From Candidatus Poribacteria bacterium (GTDB lineage: Bacteria; Poribacteria; WGA-4E; UBA9662): a stretch of 64,000 bases of DNA. Positions within the stretch are counted from its first letter, which is position 1; each line of letters begins with the position of its first letter. The position numbers and the translations under genes are program-made. Shown piece by piece: positions 19,858-29,706 of this stretch. A model generated the notes under the pieces. The model made no database searches. It was not told the origin of the DNA and saw only the letters and a program-made list of their open reading frames with translations. The stretch is taken from assembly GCA_036339735.1 (NCBI GenBank), contig JAYZAL010000088.1:96001-160000 (forward strand), given 5' to 3'.

Positions 19858-21396
19858 CTATCTATTCGATATTTTTTTCCTAGTCAGATGTAGGTTGCCT
19901 TTAGGGATGGAAAAAATGAATGCAGTAACAGCAGTGGCTGCAATTCTAGAGTCGCTTCCATAACCAGCATTATCACGATTAGGCTGATAGTAGAAGCTAC
20001 CATCAGGACACTGGGCGAGTGTGAACCACCAACGGTTGGCCTCCATCAACTGGCGAAAGCAGTCGGAATCGACGTTAGCTCCGATAGCTGTATAACCCAT
20101 ACCCATAATTGGTGAGCCATGGGTGTCAGGAAAGCTCTGTGGATGTTGGCCTATTACCTTAGCCTGTAAAAAAGCAAACTTACTATGTTCATTCCCCTGA
20201 TAAGGGCTCAATTGGTGAGCGATGGCAGAAGCTCCTGTACGTCCCATATCAGCCCAATCATTTGGCCCAGCAGGTTGGTCTTTATACCAGACGTAACCAT
20301 TGGCTCCAGCAGAACGTCGCAAAAAGTTATAGGCCGCTACATGCCGGTCTGGGTCAACATCGATTCCACAACGGTGCATCAAGGAGAAAGCTAAAGCCCC
20401 TTGAGCGGTTAGCATACTGATCGGTCCATAACCTTCAAATCCGGGATTGTGTCCCCATCCACCGTGAGAATCCATCTTATCTTTTGGATAAGCGTGAGGA
20501 TGTGTCTCTTTTACTTTTTCATTAATCTGATTCATATCGATGTATTGGGTGGATACCAGAAATTCATATACTTCCTGAATTTCTTTCAGTACCCATTTTT
20601 CTCTTGTGAATAAGTAGTATTCACTCATAACGATAGCTGCAGACATATAACGCCAGTTTATCAGCCAAGAGCTGTCTTCTGAACTTGTGGTCCGTGCGTG
20701 CATCTTTACGTTTTTCTTAACAGCATCTAGATATCGTTTTTCACCGCTAGCCAAAAGAGCTAATGGTGCAAAAGTGTTCTGTGGTGGTATCCCCCAAGAA
20801 CCATCTTCGCCTTGATGGTCGACCAGATACTGATACAGTTGATCCCGAATAAGATTTGTTTTTTTGCAGTCGAATGGGAAATTTTGACCATAGGTTCCAG
20901 ATTGATGCCCGATATTGAGTAGGACATTCTCTGTAGCCCCTCGACGATCTAGAGTTACAGATAAAGCTCCCATCGCTGAGGTGTTTTGGCAATTTTCCAG
21001 TGCGATAGCAAAGTCAAGGACTGGTCCATCAGCGCCAAACTTATCCATACCGTATCCATTTTTGTGTTCGGTATTGAACAGTTCGTTGTTAACACCAATT
21101 ATTAAATCACCAGGAGAGATTTTTCCGTCAGCCGGCGAGCGGGGAAATACATATTTGACTAAAAGATACTTAGGTTTATCAGCTACTAGTTCAACACGGA
21201 TGCCAGTAACACCCAAATTGTAGTACCAGCCCCCAACCACAGCGTCAGGACCAGTTTCAGATTTTTGATTCCAAGGGCTACCATTACCCAAGTAGTGGAC
21301 CTGGGCTGAAGAAAAAGGGACACTACCAAGAATTAGCATAATACCTAGAATTAACAAGATAGGACATTGAAACAATAAAAATAACGTGTTTTTCAT
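19858..21396 (-). CDS. Secreted DUF6288-like protein (PDZ-like domain + alpha/alpha toroid)
   Basis: Signal peptide; YNLGVTG, SPADGKI.PGD.IIG, Q..DGSW, LALLASG, GGWGH, GYG, Q.PDGSF.YQPNRD. Confidence 0.65.
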   Translation of the reverse strand: MKNTLFLLFQCPILLILGIMLILGSVPFSSAQVHYLGNGSPWNQKSETGPDAVVGGWYYNLGVTGIRVELVADKPKYLLVKYVFPRSPADGKISPGDLIIGVNNELFNTEHKNGYGMDKFGADGPVLDFAIALENCQNTSAMGALSVTLDRRGATENVLLNIGHQSGTYGQNFPFDCKKTNLIRDQLYQYLVDHQGEDGSWGIPPQNTFAPLALLASGEKRYLDAVKKNVKMHARTTSSEDSSWLINWRYMSAAIVMSEYYLFTREKWVLKEIQEVYEFLVSTQYIDMNQINEKVKETHPHAYPKDKMDSHGGWGHNPGFEGYGPISMLTAQGALAFSLMHRCGIDVDPDRHVAAYNFLRRSAGANGYVWYKDQPAGPNDWADMGRTGASAIAHQLSPYQGNEHSKFAFLQAKVIGQHPQSFPDTHGSPIMGMGYTAIGANVDSDCFRQLMEANRWWFTLAQCPDGSFYYQPNRDNAGYGSDSRIAATAVTAFIFSIPKGNLHLTRKKISNR

Positions 21397-21545
21397 AATT
21401 CAACCAAATTTCTCAATCCTTTGATGTCAATTCGTGAAAAAGAATTAACATGATATTTTTATAATTGTCTACCAATATCTAGGCATTAATCTGATAAATT
21501 ACAACAAACGCTCTTAAATTTTATTTGTAGACGTATTACAAGAGT

Positions 21546-22838
21546 TTATTTGCTCAGATTAATGCAGATTAACTCTTCATCATTGCGGACAAATATATGC
21601 TTATTAGCAAAAGCGGGGTGCGACCAGCAGACACCGCCACGGCGGTTCAACTGATCTTTTGTTGGCTTAATGATTTGGGAACGACTGATCAAATTAACTT
21701 TTTCCGGAGAAAGTTTAGTTAGTAATAATTCTCCTTTCTCATTAAATATCCATACATAATCCCTGTTTTTAACGAAGTGAGCTGTACTCCATCTTTCAAT
21801 AGGAGCAATAGTAACGTCTTCAAAAACACGGTCCCCAGTAGCAATATCTAGACAGCGAAAATGGCCATAGCTATCAATACCGTAAATAAAATCTCCAATT
21901 AATATGGGAGTAGAAATCAGAGAGTGAAGACTATCTGTTTGATGCTCGTCTTCTCCTCTTCGGTGCCACACCTTTTCTGCTCGTAATTCAGATGAGTCAA
22001 GACGAACTAGCATTGAACCATCAAAAAAATTGCTGATAAACACATGGCCTTGATGATGAACTGGGGTCGCAATACCAATGGCCATTCGAGAAGGATGGCA
22101 ATCAATTTCCCAATAAGTTTTTCCACTTTCAGGAGACAAACCAACTAGATGGTTACCCGTATAACATACCAAGACTTTTTCGTTGGCCTGCTTGATCAAA
22201 ATTGGTGTGGAATACGATGCAGGATCTGATCTAGCAGTCCACAATTCCTCACCAGTCTGACGGTCTAATGCCACCAAGCAAGCACTCTTTCCACCGATTT
22301 GTAAAAACAATTTATTTTCTTCTACTACTGGTGAGGCTGCAATCCCCCAAGTTGGCATCTGGATTTGGTAAATCTGATTGAGGTCTTTTTTCCACTTCAC
22401 TTGTCCCGTTTCTGCTACGAAACAATGGAGGTGGCCCATTGTTCCCAAGGCATAAGCCAATCCATCGACAATAACCACAGAGGTTCGTGGACCAGCGGTA
22501 TAACCCACATTTTGATACTGACATTCATAACTATAACTCCAAACACGATGACCTGTTTCGGCTGAGAAACAGTGAACATTTTCTACCTGTTTGGGTTTTG
22601 TTTCTCGGTCCATGACATAAACTCGACCTTCGGATACCGTTGGTCCACTGTACCCACTACCAATAGGTACTCGCCAAGTAGGCTTTTGTAAATCTTCGGT
22701 ATCAAAATGATTAATAATTCCAATTTCATTCCAAGTACCATCCCTGTTAGGTCCTCGCCATTGATACCAATCTTCAGCTGGGAGCCAAACAGATAACAAG
22801 CCAAGTAGGAATAAACATAGCAGGAAACGTCCATTCAT
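21546..22838 (-). CDS. PQQ-binding-like beta-propeller repeat protein (BamB-like, PVC-type)
   Basis: Signal peptide; DWYQWRGPNRDG, GSGYSGP, repeated A.TG...W, SYSTP, WSHPA.AN..IFVRN. Confidence 0.85.
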   Translation of the reverse strand: MNGRFLLCLFLLGLLSVWLPAEDWYQWRGPNRDGTWNEIGIINHFDTEDLQKPTWRVPIGSGYSGPTVSEGRVYVMDRETKPKQVENVHCFSAETGHRVWSYSYECQYQNVGYTAGPRTSVVIVDGLAYALGTMGHLHCFVAETGQVKWKKDLNQIYQIQMPTWGIAASPVVEENKLFLQIGGKSACLVALDRQTGEELWTARSDPASYSTPILIKQANEKVLVCYTGNHLVGLSPESGKTYWEIDCHPSRMAIGIATPVHHQGHVFISNFFDGSMLVRLDSSELRAEKVWHRRGEDEHQTDSLHSLISTPILIGDFIYGIDSYGHFRCLDIATGDRVFEDVTIAPIERWSTAHFVKNRDYVWIFNEKGELLLTKLSPEKVNLISRSQIIKPTKDQLNRRGGVCWSHPAFANKHIFVRNDEELICINLSK

Positions 22839-23150
22839 GTCACTAGTCCTTGATAAATGAATAATAAAGATATAATTTTAGAAAAAAATCGGGAATGTAA
22901 AAGAAAGACCTAGTTTGATTTATCGATTTTTGTTTCATCTCGCCTTCTGATTCTAACTAAATTTGTTGACCTGTCAAGGTCCTGCGATCAGAATAATCAT
23001 TCTCAAAAGTAAAAAGAAGCCAAGATAGTTTACAAAAAACTTTGATTTGTCGGCTATTGTCTATCAGTGGTAAAAGTAGAGGAATCATTGGAATACTTGA
23101 TTTTGATTTGAGCTGACTAAATCTATAAGTTGAGATAATTCGTATTTATT

Positions 23151-24617
23151 TTATCTGCTAATTGGCTTACTCGCGACCAGACTATTTATATACTCTTCTA
23201 AGTTGGTGTAACCATCACCGTCTTGATCGCTAATGCCATCACTAGGATCTTCCGCGTCTAGTCCGTTTGATTTTTCCCAGTAATTAGGTATACCATCTCG
23301 GTCAATATCCCAATCTTTCGGTCTTTGTTCTGTTGGGTAATGATCCCAACCACCAACTTGTCTTTGTGAGTCAATCAGTACGCCTTTCTGCATAACGATA
23401 TTTTCGATAACTCGTTCGTCTACTGTATCTCGCACTAATGAACAACCTGAATACTTTAGACAGTTTGAATAGGCATCTTTAGCGGTTTGTGTTGGCACAG
23501 AAAACTCACCGCAATCGATTTCTGATTTCAATTCCCATCGATTGCGTGATGTCGACATATAACTCCCAGTATTCGTATATTCTATTGCTGTAAAGTTATC
23601 TGAGTTGAAAACTTCTGACATCCCATCAAAGTAGTTACCTTGAATAAAACCTTTAGCTCTAGTTGTATCATGATCCTTAATTCGTAATGGTGGCGTAGAA
23701 TAATTTTTTGTACATGGACCAGGTCTATAATAGTTATTGATGCAGTTAATTTGTACTCCACCCAAATTCGTTGGACCACTCCAGTTATAATTAACGCAGT
23801 TTCGAAAGTCAACAATCCAGTTCGATCCACCTTTTTTAGCACCAGACCCTATAGTTGGATGACGATTTCTAGAAGTGGAGTAGATATTGCCGTAAATGGT
23901 CGTGTTACCAAAACAGTCTCGTAGCGAAGTGGCCATGGCATGTGCTCCCTTTCGATGGAGCGATCGATTAAGTGCTTCGCTATAAATTAACCACTGTAAC
24001 GTCATGTTCTTATTACCGCGATAATCAGAATTACCATCAATCCCCCAACTTAGCGAAAGATGATCTAGGATAATTTGGTCATTATAGTTTACTGTCATAA
24101 CGTCTGGTGCCGCCCCCTGTTCTTTGTTTTCATCTCCTAGCCTTACGCGAATGTAGCGGACAATGATTTGTTTACTTTCTTTGATAGAAAAATTTTGATC
24201 ACGTAATGTAATTCCTTTACCCGGAGCTGTTTGACCAGCTAAAGTCAAATAACTCTTACCTTTAATTTCCATTGGACTCTTTAAGATAATAGTACCTGCG
24301 ACTTCGAAAACAATTGTTCGAGGCCCATCAGCTGTCTTAATCCCATAACGAAGTGATCCAGGACCGTTATCCTTTAGATTCGTGACTTGGTAAACGTCTC
24401 CACCCCGACCACCTAGGGTATACTTTCCAAAGCCTTCTGCGCCGGGGAAAGCGGCTATTCGGACATCGCCTGATATTGAATCAAATGCTAAAAAAAGAAT
24501 AAGTATATTTACTATCCATATAATCTTAAAAATTCTAATTAGACTACAACAACTGTTTATTCGATTCTCTTGTTCTGTCTTAATAAGGGAATGGTAAGAA
24601 ATTTTCATTTTGCTCAC
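23151..24617 (-). CDS. Pectate lyase-like protein (PL1-type) with C-terminal Ca-binding repeat
   Basis: AFPGAEGFG..T.GGRGG, VTNL.D.GPGSLR, GQTAPG.GI, DH.S.SW..D, R.P; DIDRDGIPNYWE..NGLD...DGDGYTNLEEY. Confidence 0.85.
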   Translation of the reverse strand: MSKMKISYHSLIKTEQENRINSCCSLIRIFKIIWIVNILILFLAFDSISGDVRIAAFPGAEGFGKYTLGGRGGDVYQVTNLKDNGPGSLRYGIKTADGPRTIVFEVAGTIILKSPMEIKGKSYLTLAGQTAPGKGITLRDQNFSIKESKQIIVRYIRVRLGDENKEQGAAPDVMTVNYNDQIILDHLSLSWGIDGNSDYRGNKNMTLQWLIYSEALNRSLHRKGAHAMATSLRDCFGNTTIYGNIYSTSRNRHPTIGSGAKKGGSNWIVDFRNCVNYNWSGPTNLGGVQINCINNYYRPGPCTKNYSTPPLRIKDHDTTRAKGFIQGNYFDGMSEVFNSDNFTAIEYTNTGSYMSTSRNRWELKSEIDCGEFSVPTQTAKDAYSNCLKYSGCSLVRDTVDERVIENIVMQKGVLIDSQRQVGGWDHYPTEQRPKDWDIDRDGIPNYWEKSNGLDAEDPSDGISDQDGDGYTNLEEYINSLVASKPISR

Positions 24618-24770
24618 CCTAGTTACTTAGCCCAAATTGTAAAATAGGAGCTCACACAATTTTGACTGTCTATTTCGATTTGGTGTTATAGTTACTTGTT
24701 TTTGATTGTACAACGGAGAAAATTAATCAGCTCATTATCGGCAAAGAGCTTAATGACGGACTGATTGGAG

Positions 24771-26102
24771 TTAAGCCCAGAGAGTATTTAGTCTTCTGGC
24801 AGTCCGTCCAGATAATGCCTGAAGTGATTTGGCAGCAGATGTGTCTCCAGCCAAATGGGCTAGCATCAGTCGTCCTTCTTCAACACACAGTGTATCTTGC
24901 TGTGGTAGTACTTCTCTTAGAAGAAAAAGCACATATTTGACTAGTCGGAATGGTCCATAGACTCGGATAGATTCGCCGGGAATAGATTCCACTGCGACTG
25001 AAAAAAGATCTTTGATACTAATTATCAAATCAGAATGTGTCAACGTAGGTGAAAGGACAACCGTATAGTACCATCCGAATAGTGATCCAGTTTCACAACC
25101 GTGTGAATCACTAACACCCACTATGGGTAACTCGTTACCCATAGCACGTTCTTCGTAGTAGCGTGCTACCTGTAAAGTGTTAGAATCGACAGATTGTCGA
25201 TCATAACCACCTAGTAATTCATATGCATCGAATGGTTGAGTTTGCAACAAATAAGAAGTTAGGGCACCAGATGGTGAATAACGGTGACCAGTAAACCAAT
25301 AAGGGTGACAAAAAACACCTAAGCCACCACCTTTTCGTATTTTTTCGAAAGACCAGCAGCAGGAAGCATAAACATAACGATCTACACCTGCAGGAAGTGG
25401 ACCGAGTTGTTGCTCAATTTGGTTCACTTCCGCCTGATACTTCTCTTTATCCTCGAATAGTTCGTTTACACTGAAGCTACCACCGAAATTGACTATGTGA
25501 ACTGGATTATTTGGAGGGTGTACTTCTTCACCAGGATAAATTCGTAGATCAATTGGAACCCCATCATAGGCTTGTTTTGCTGCCAACGATGGTTCATATT
25601 TGCGATGGTCGGTCAAGGCCATAAAATCAAGCCCAATCTTTCTACAGCATCCTGCTACATATCCAGGAGATTCTCGCCCATCAGATAGATGGCTGTGCAT
25701 GTGTATGTCGCCCTTGTAAGGCTTTCGATCGAATAAGTCAGGTTGAACTGAATAGAGCCGGAATTCACCAACCAACCTCCGGTTGCTTCCCAAAACCTCT
25801 TCTACGAGCAACACATGCTCTTGTTCCCCCTCAAAGTATTGTGACAGGCGCAAACAGTCATCTATTACTGTCAGGTTCTGTCTATTCTGCTTAGGCCAAC
25901 CACTCTGAAGAGCAATTTCTTCTACAGGATAATAAGTAATCTGGTACTGTCGGTCAGAATTGAAATAGACATGATCAAATAGTGGTCGAATTTTAACAAC
26001 GGTCTCCTTGTCAGCAGGTACGACTTTCGGTAACAATTCGAAAAAACGGTTTTCGGCTTTCATAATTTTCGGCAATAATTTTGTTTTGAATAATCTAATC
26101 AA
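24771..26102 (-). CDS. PHP-domain metallohydrolase
   Basis: YKGDIHMHSHLSDG, DFMALTDH, PGEE, CHPYW, GVSDSH; true start may be the internal Met (MKAENRFF). Confidence 0.8.
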   Translation of the reverse strand: MIRLFKTKLLPKIMKAENRFFELLPKVVPADKETVVKIRPLFDHVYFNSDRQYQITYYPVEEIALQSGWPKQNRQNLTVIDDCLRLSQYFEGEQEHVLLVEEVLGSNRRLVGEFRLYSVQPDLFDRKPYKGDIHMHSHLSDGRESPGYVAGCCRKIGLDFMALTDHRKYEPSLAAKQAYDGVPIDLRIYPGEEVHPPNNPVHIVNFGGSFSVNELFEDKEKYQAEVNQIEQQLGPLPAGVDRYVYASCCWSFEKIRKGGGLGVFCHPYWFTGHRYSPSGALTSYLLQTQPFDAYELLGGYDRQSVDSNTLQVARYYEERAMGNELPIVGVSDSHGCETGSLFGWYYTVVLSPTLTHSDLIISIKDLFSVAVESIPGESIRVYGPFRLVKYVLFLLREVLPQQDTLCVEEGRLMLAHLAGDTSAAKSLQALSGRTARRLNTLWA

Positions 26103-26154
26103 GATTATAAACAGATTTACAATATCGAATGGCTATCATTTCCGTTTATAATCT

Positions 26155-27180
26155 TTAAACTGCGTAAGTTTTCCACTGTCCTAAACACCCTGGTCCCCGC
26201 CTGACGTGTAGTAACCTCTTTTCCGCTTCAGCTATGTAACCTGAAACGGAATACATTCCATCCGCTCCATGACGACATATACCAGCCGGATGACCATCGT
26301 GGTCTGATAAAATCTCTTTTATCACTGGTACCGATAAACATCCTAAGTTCTCTTCGAATAGTTGTCTCGCTCGATCCAGTCTACTGCGGGAATCTGGTAA
26401 GAGGTATCTTTCCTGTGGTGCATAGTCATCTGTCAACGCATGATTGGTATGTACTAACCCATTAGTCCACTTATCTTGCCAAATTGAATGTCCTGATGGA
26501 TAGATTTCAATATCACAAATCTGACCTTCACCGTCACAAATGACTTTGTTTGTCGCTGAACACACCTTGACGCTTTGTAGTAATTCTAGGCATTTGGCCA
26601 GATTGTCTTGTTCCAACAGAATTCTTTTAATTGGGTAATGAGGTATACCGTACTGCCACTGGTAACCATACAGTGCGTTGGTAAAGTGAGCTACTCCATG
26701 TTGATTCAGGCCAGCATATCCTAATTGTCCAGCAAATGTAAATATTAAAGCCCTAGGTTTGCCTGTCGGTTTGAGGTGTAGTAGAATTGCAACATCCTCA
26801 TACTGAGGCTCTAGGTCTTGATTTTGTCCAATCAGCGTTAATCCATCGGTTGTATTCTGACCTGTAAAAGCAAAAGTAGTACAGCCTCCATCTTCCGTTT
26901 GGCTGGCTTCGGTTCTTACTTGACACAAGACTGCTTCTTCCAAGCTAATATCCGCACCATCGGCCAATCCTTGAATTTCAGAGGCAAGATCATTACTAAG
27001 TTGTCTAATCAAAGGCAAGAAGGTTATGGCACGCCGAACCAGAACATCTCTGCTTTGGCCGGTTAGTTTTTCAATCCAAGTCAAGTACTTTTGAACTAAA
27101 TCTTTGGCTTGGCTACCATGTTGATAGCCTAACTGATAAGGAGTACCTGATACCTCGATTAAAGGAAATTCATCGATCAT
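26155..27180 (-). CDS. Peptidase C45 family (Ntn-hydrolase; acyl-CoA:6-APA acyltransferase-like)
   Basis: G.PYQLGYQHG, EI.G.ADGA, GC nucleophile site (GGCTTF), GQNQD, GLN..G, HTNH, S..R, ILSDH. Confidence 0.85.
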   Translation of the reverse strand: MIDEFPLIEVSGTPYQLGYQHGSQAKDLVQKYLTWIEKLTGQSRDVLVRRAITFLPLIRQLSNDLASEIQGLADGADISLEEAVLCQVRTEASQTEDGGCTTFAFTGQNTTDGLTLIGQNQDLEPQYEDVAILLHLKPTGKPRALIFTFAGQLGYAGLNQHGVAHFTNALYGYQWQYGIPHYPIKRILLEQDNLAKCLELLQSVKVCSATNKVICDGEGQICDIEIYPSGHSIWQDKWTNGLVHTNHALTDDYAPQERYLLPDSRSRLDRARQLFEENLGCLSVPVIKEILSDHDGHPAGICRHGADGMYSVSGYIAEAEKRLLHVRRGPGCLGQWKTYAV

Positions 27181-27205
27181 CGTTAACTATTTCGGACTGA
27201 TTTTA

Positions 27206-28003
27206 TTATGGTCGAAATTTGACAGTAGCCCAACATGTTGTCAATTTGTCAGTCAAATCTACTGATGCGGTTCCATTATATTCCAACATGAATAGTCCAC
27301 CAGCATACCCTTTATAAGCATGGGCATTTTTAATTCCACCTTTTTTGGAACCAATACTGTGGCTGGTGCGGATTAGGAATTCTCCATCGTTACCTGAACG
27401 AATATTTTCCCATCTGGCAATTAGTCCTTTATTATTTTGGCCTGTGCTAAACTCAACACTATCTTCGTCTACCTTTTGAGCTGTTGCAGAAGATGTATAA
27501 GTGAAGTTCTCAGCTCCCATAATTTTCCAGTTAGTTACTCGATCTTTGTAATCTGGGCCACCATTTCTGTTAACTGTACCGACAAAAGTATAGACACCAC
27601 CCGGTTTTAGTCCGGAAAATATCAAATCAAGATACCACCCTGGCCCATCGTTGTAACTCATATTGCCACTAGCATCAACAACATCCTTGAAGATTTTATC
27701 GGCGTCACTACCATTATCGAACATGGATTCATCCTTAGCCCAGTTAATTGAGTTACCTTGCGATTTATGTTCAACAAAACTAGCTGTCACTCCCGTTTCT
27801 TTACCTGTCTTAAACTGAAGGAGTTGGCCTTCTTCTGGAAATGGGTTGCCTCGACCAAGTCCGTAATTAGTAACATTTTTCTTTTGAAATTGAATGCCTT
27901 TTTCGTAGGCACAATCATTGAAGGCTCTCCATTCTGCTGACACTATACTGAATCCAGTTGAGATAAGGATTAAACAAAATATCCATTTTTTATCAGTCCA
28001 CAT
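27206..28003 (-). CDS. Secreted hypothetical protein with conserved C-terminal tag
   Basis: Start moved to ATG 28003 (GGAG RBS; signal peptide MWTDKKWIFCLILISTGFSIVSA); ends SVDLTDKLTTCWATVKFRP. Confidence 0.65.
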   Translation of the reverse strand: MWTDKKWIFCLILISTGFSIVSAEWRAFNDCAYEKGIQFQKKNVTNYGLGRGNPFPEEGQLLQFKTGKETGVTASFVEHKSQGNSINWAKDESMFDNGSDADKIFKDVVDASGNMSYNDGPGWYLDLIFSGLKPGGVYTFVGTVNRNGGPDYKDRVTNWKIMGAENFTYTSSATAQKVDEDSVEFSTGQNNKGLIARWENIRSGNDGEFLIRTSHSIGSKKGGIKNAHAYKGYAGGLFMLEYNGTASVDLTDKLTTCWATVKFRP

Positions 28004-28283
28004 GTGATCTCCAACGATTAATTTTATTATTTGAGTCAATTGAGGTGTTTTCATGTTTTCATTCCGTATTTTTTGTATAGTCTGTGATGGAAGCAAGGTC
28101 TATTCTGTCACACCCTAGATGTAGCTACATTAGTTTCTAATTTTTTTGAACTGAGTCCAGGCAATCAAGCTGGCCAATTTTAGCATAAAGATTGCTTGAA
28201 TTGACAAACTTAACTAATGACTGAACATCGTGATAGAAACTATCTAAAATAATGAATCCCACAGGTACTGTAATAGAAAACAG

Positions 28284-29126
28284 CTATTCCAATTTAGCCC
28301 AAGGAATCGGATCAGTGTAACCTTCTGATTGATAGGGGTCTTCACCTTTAATTGGAGTTACACCTCGGTAGTTATTTACACCCCATGGTAACATCGTATT
28401 AGAACTACAGTAGTGAATCGTTAGAGCTGGGCGATTTTGTTTACTATAATTTTTTCTAGAATTATGTAACAGGTAACCAGAAAAAAAGAGCACACTGCCT
28501 GCAGTCATCTCAATTGGTATGGCATTACTATCATCAAATCCGCGTGCAATAGGCATACTATCGACATCGGGCAGATTGTGTGCCTCACGCTTGTAAATGA
28601 TCCCGGACTTGTGACTATCCGGAATAATCCACAAACAACCATTGGTAGTGGAAGCATCAGATAAAGCTATCCACACTCCAGTTAACGAACGGTCGCGAGT
28701 AGGAATAGCTGATTCGTCCTGATGCCAAGGACTTCCATTACCACCGGGCTTTTTAGTAACAAACATAGTTTGTACACACTTATAGGCTCCATTCCAAAAA
28801 GGAACATTGGCTCCTACTATCAAGTCCAAAATACGACATAGTTTTGGGTGATCAATATACTGACGTATAATTTGGCTGTAAGCATGGGGTTGACCAATAT
28901 ACATGTAGCGGCCGATTAACCGTTGATCATTAATCGGCCAATCGATTGGCTCAATCGTTGAATTATCATAATGTCCTTGATTAATTTTTGCGAGATCAGT
29001 TCGGATTTCATCTTGACTTGTTTTAGAAATTAATTTATTAACTAAAACAAAACCATTTTTAATGTAATATTCTGTCAACTCTGAACTAACCATGGAAGAC
29101 AGATGAAAGCCTGTTATATCAATCAT
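28284..29126 (-). CDS. Phytanoyl-CoA dioxygenase (PhyH) family Fe(II)/2OG dioxygenase
   Basis: Y..NGF, KKPG, WHQD, WIAL.DA...NGCL..IP.SH, G.VLFF...LLH.S..N....R. Confidence 0.9.
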   Translation of the reverse strand: MIDITGFHLSSMVSSELTEYYIKNGFVLVNKLISKTSQDEIRTDLAKINQGHYDNSTIEPIDWPINDQRLIGRYMYIGQPHAYSQIIRQYIDHPKLCRILDLIVGANVPFWNGAYKCVQTMFVTKKPGGNGSPWHQDESAIPTRDRSLTGVWIALSDASTTNGCLWIIPDSHKSGIIYKREAHNLPDVDSMPIARGFDDSNAIPIEMTAGSVLFFSGYLLHNSRKNYSKQNRPALTIHYCSSNTMLPWGVNNYRGVTPIKGEDPYQSEGYTDPIPWAKLE

Positions 29127-29156
29127 TTAGCATGCGCTCCGCTTTAAAATACATTG

Positions 29157-29192
29157 AACTGATTTGATGTCTAGTACGAATTCAAATCAGTT
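29157..29192. promoter_or_regulatory. 11-bp inverted repeat upstream of the phyH-like gene (operator or leader hairpin)
   Basis: aactgatttga (29157-29167) / tcaaatcagtt (29182-29192). Confidence 0.35.
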
Positions 29193-29706
29193 GACAACTT
29201 AAAAATTTTAATGATTTGGAAGGATTAATATGTAGTAAGCAAAACTGGTAAACTCGTGCGAGACATTTCTACAAAAGAAGATTGTTTAGAAGCTAATATT
29301 ATTAATGTGTTTTGACACAACTTTTTGCGCAAAATTTAAAGGGGTACTTCAACATGTACTCCGTACTCTATAATCCTAGACCAATCATTGTTTTAGAATA
29401 ACAATTTTGGTAGGCTACCTTCGAAACATAAAAGTCACCCTGACATCAAATATCTCGACAATCAACAATGAAAAATTTCACACGTACTGTATACTCTATT
29501 CTTGGGATGGTCAACTTGTAAGTCCTTCATAAAACCGTTTCCCAGATTTTGAAAAGATATCTTTTCCTTGTAGGCATTATACTTAAAATCTCCTATTTTA
29601 TTTTCCTAATCGGAGTTTAGATTTTTAAATTACTAAGGGTTACTTTTAACGAATTAATCTTAGTGCATATTATATTGCGCAATATACAAATTATCAGAGG
29701 TGGTAA

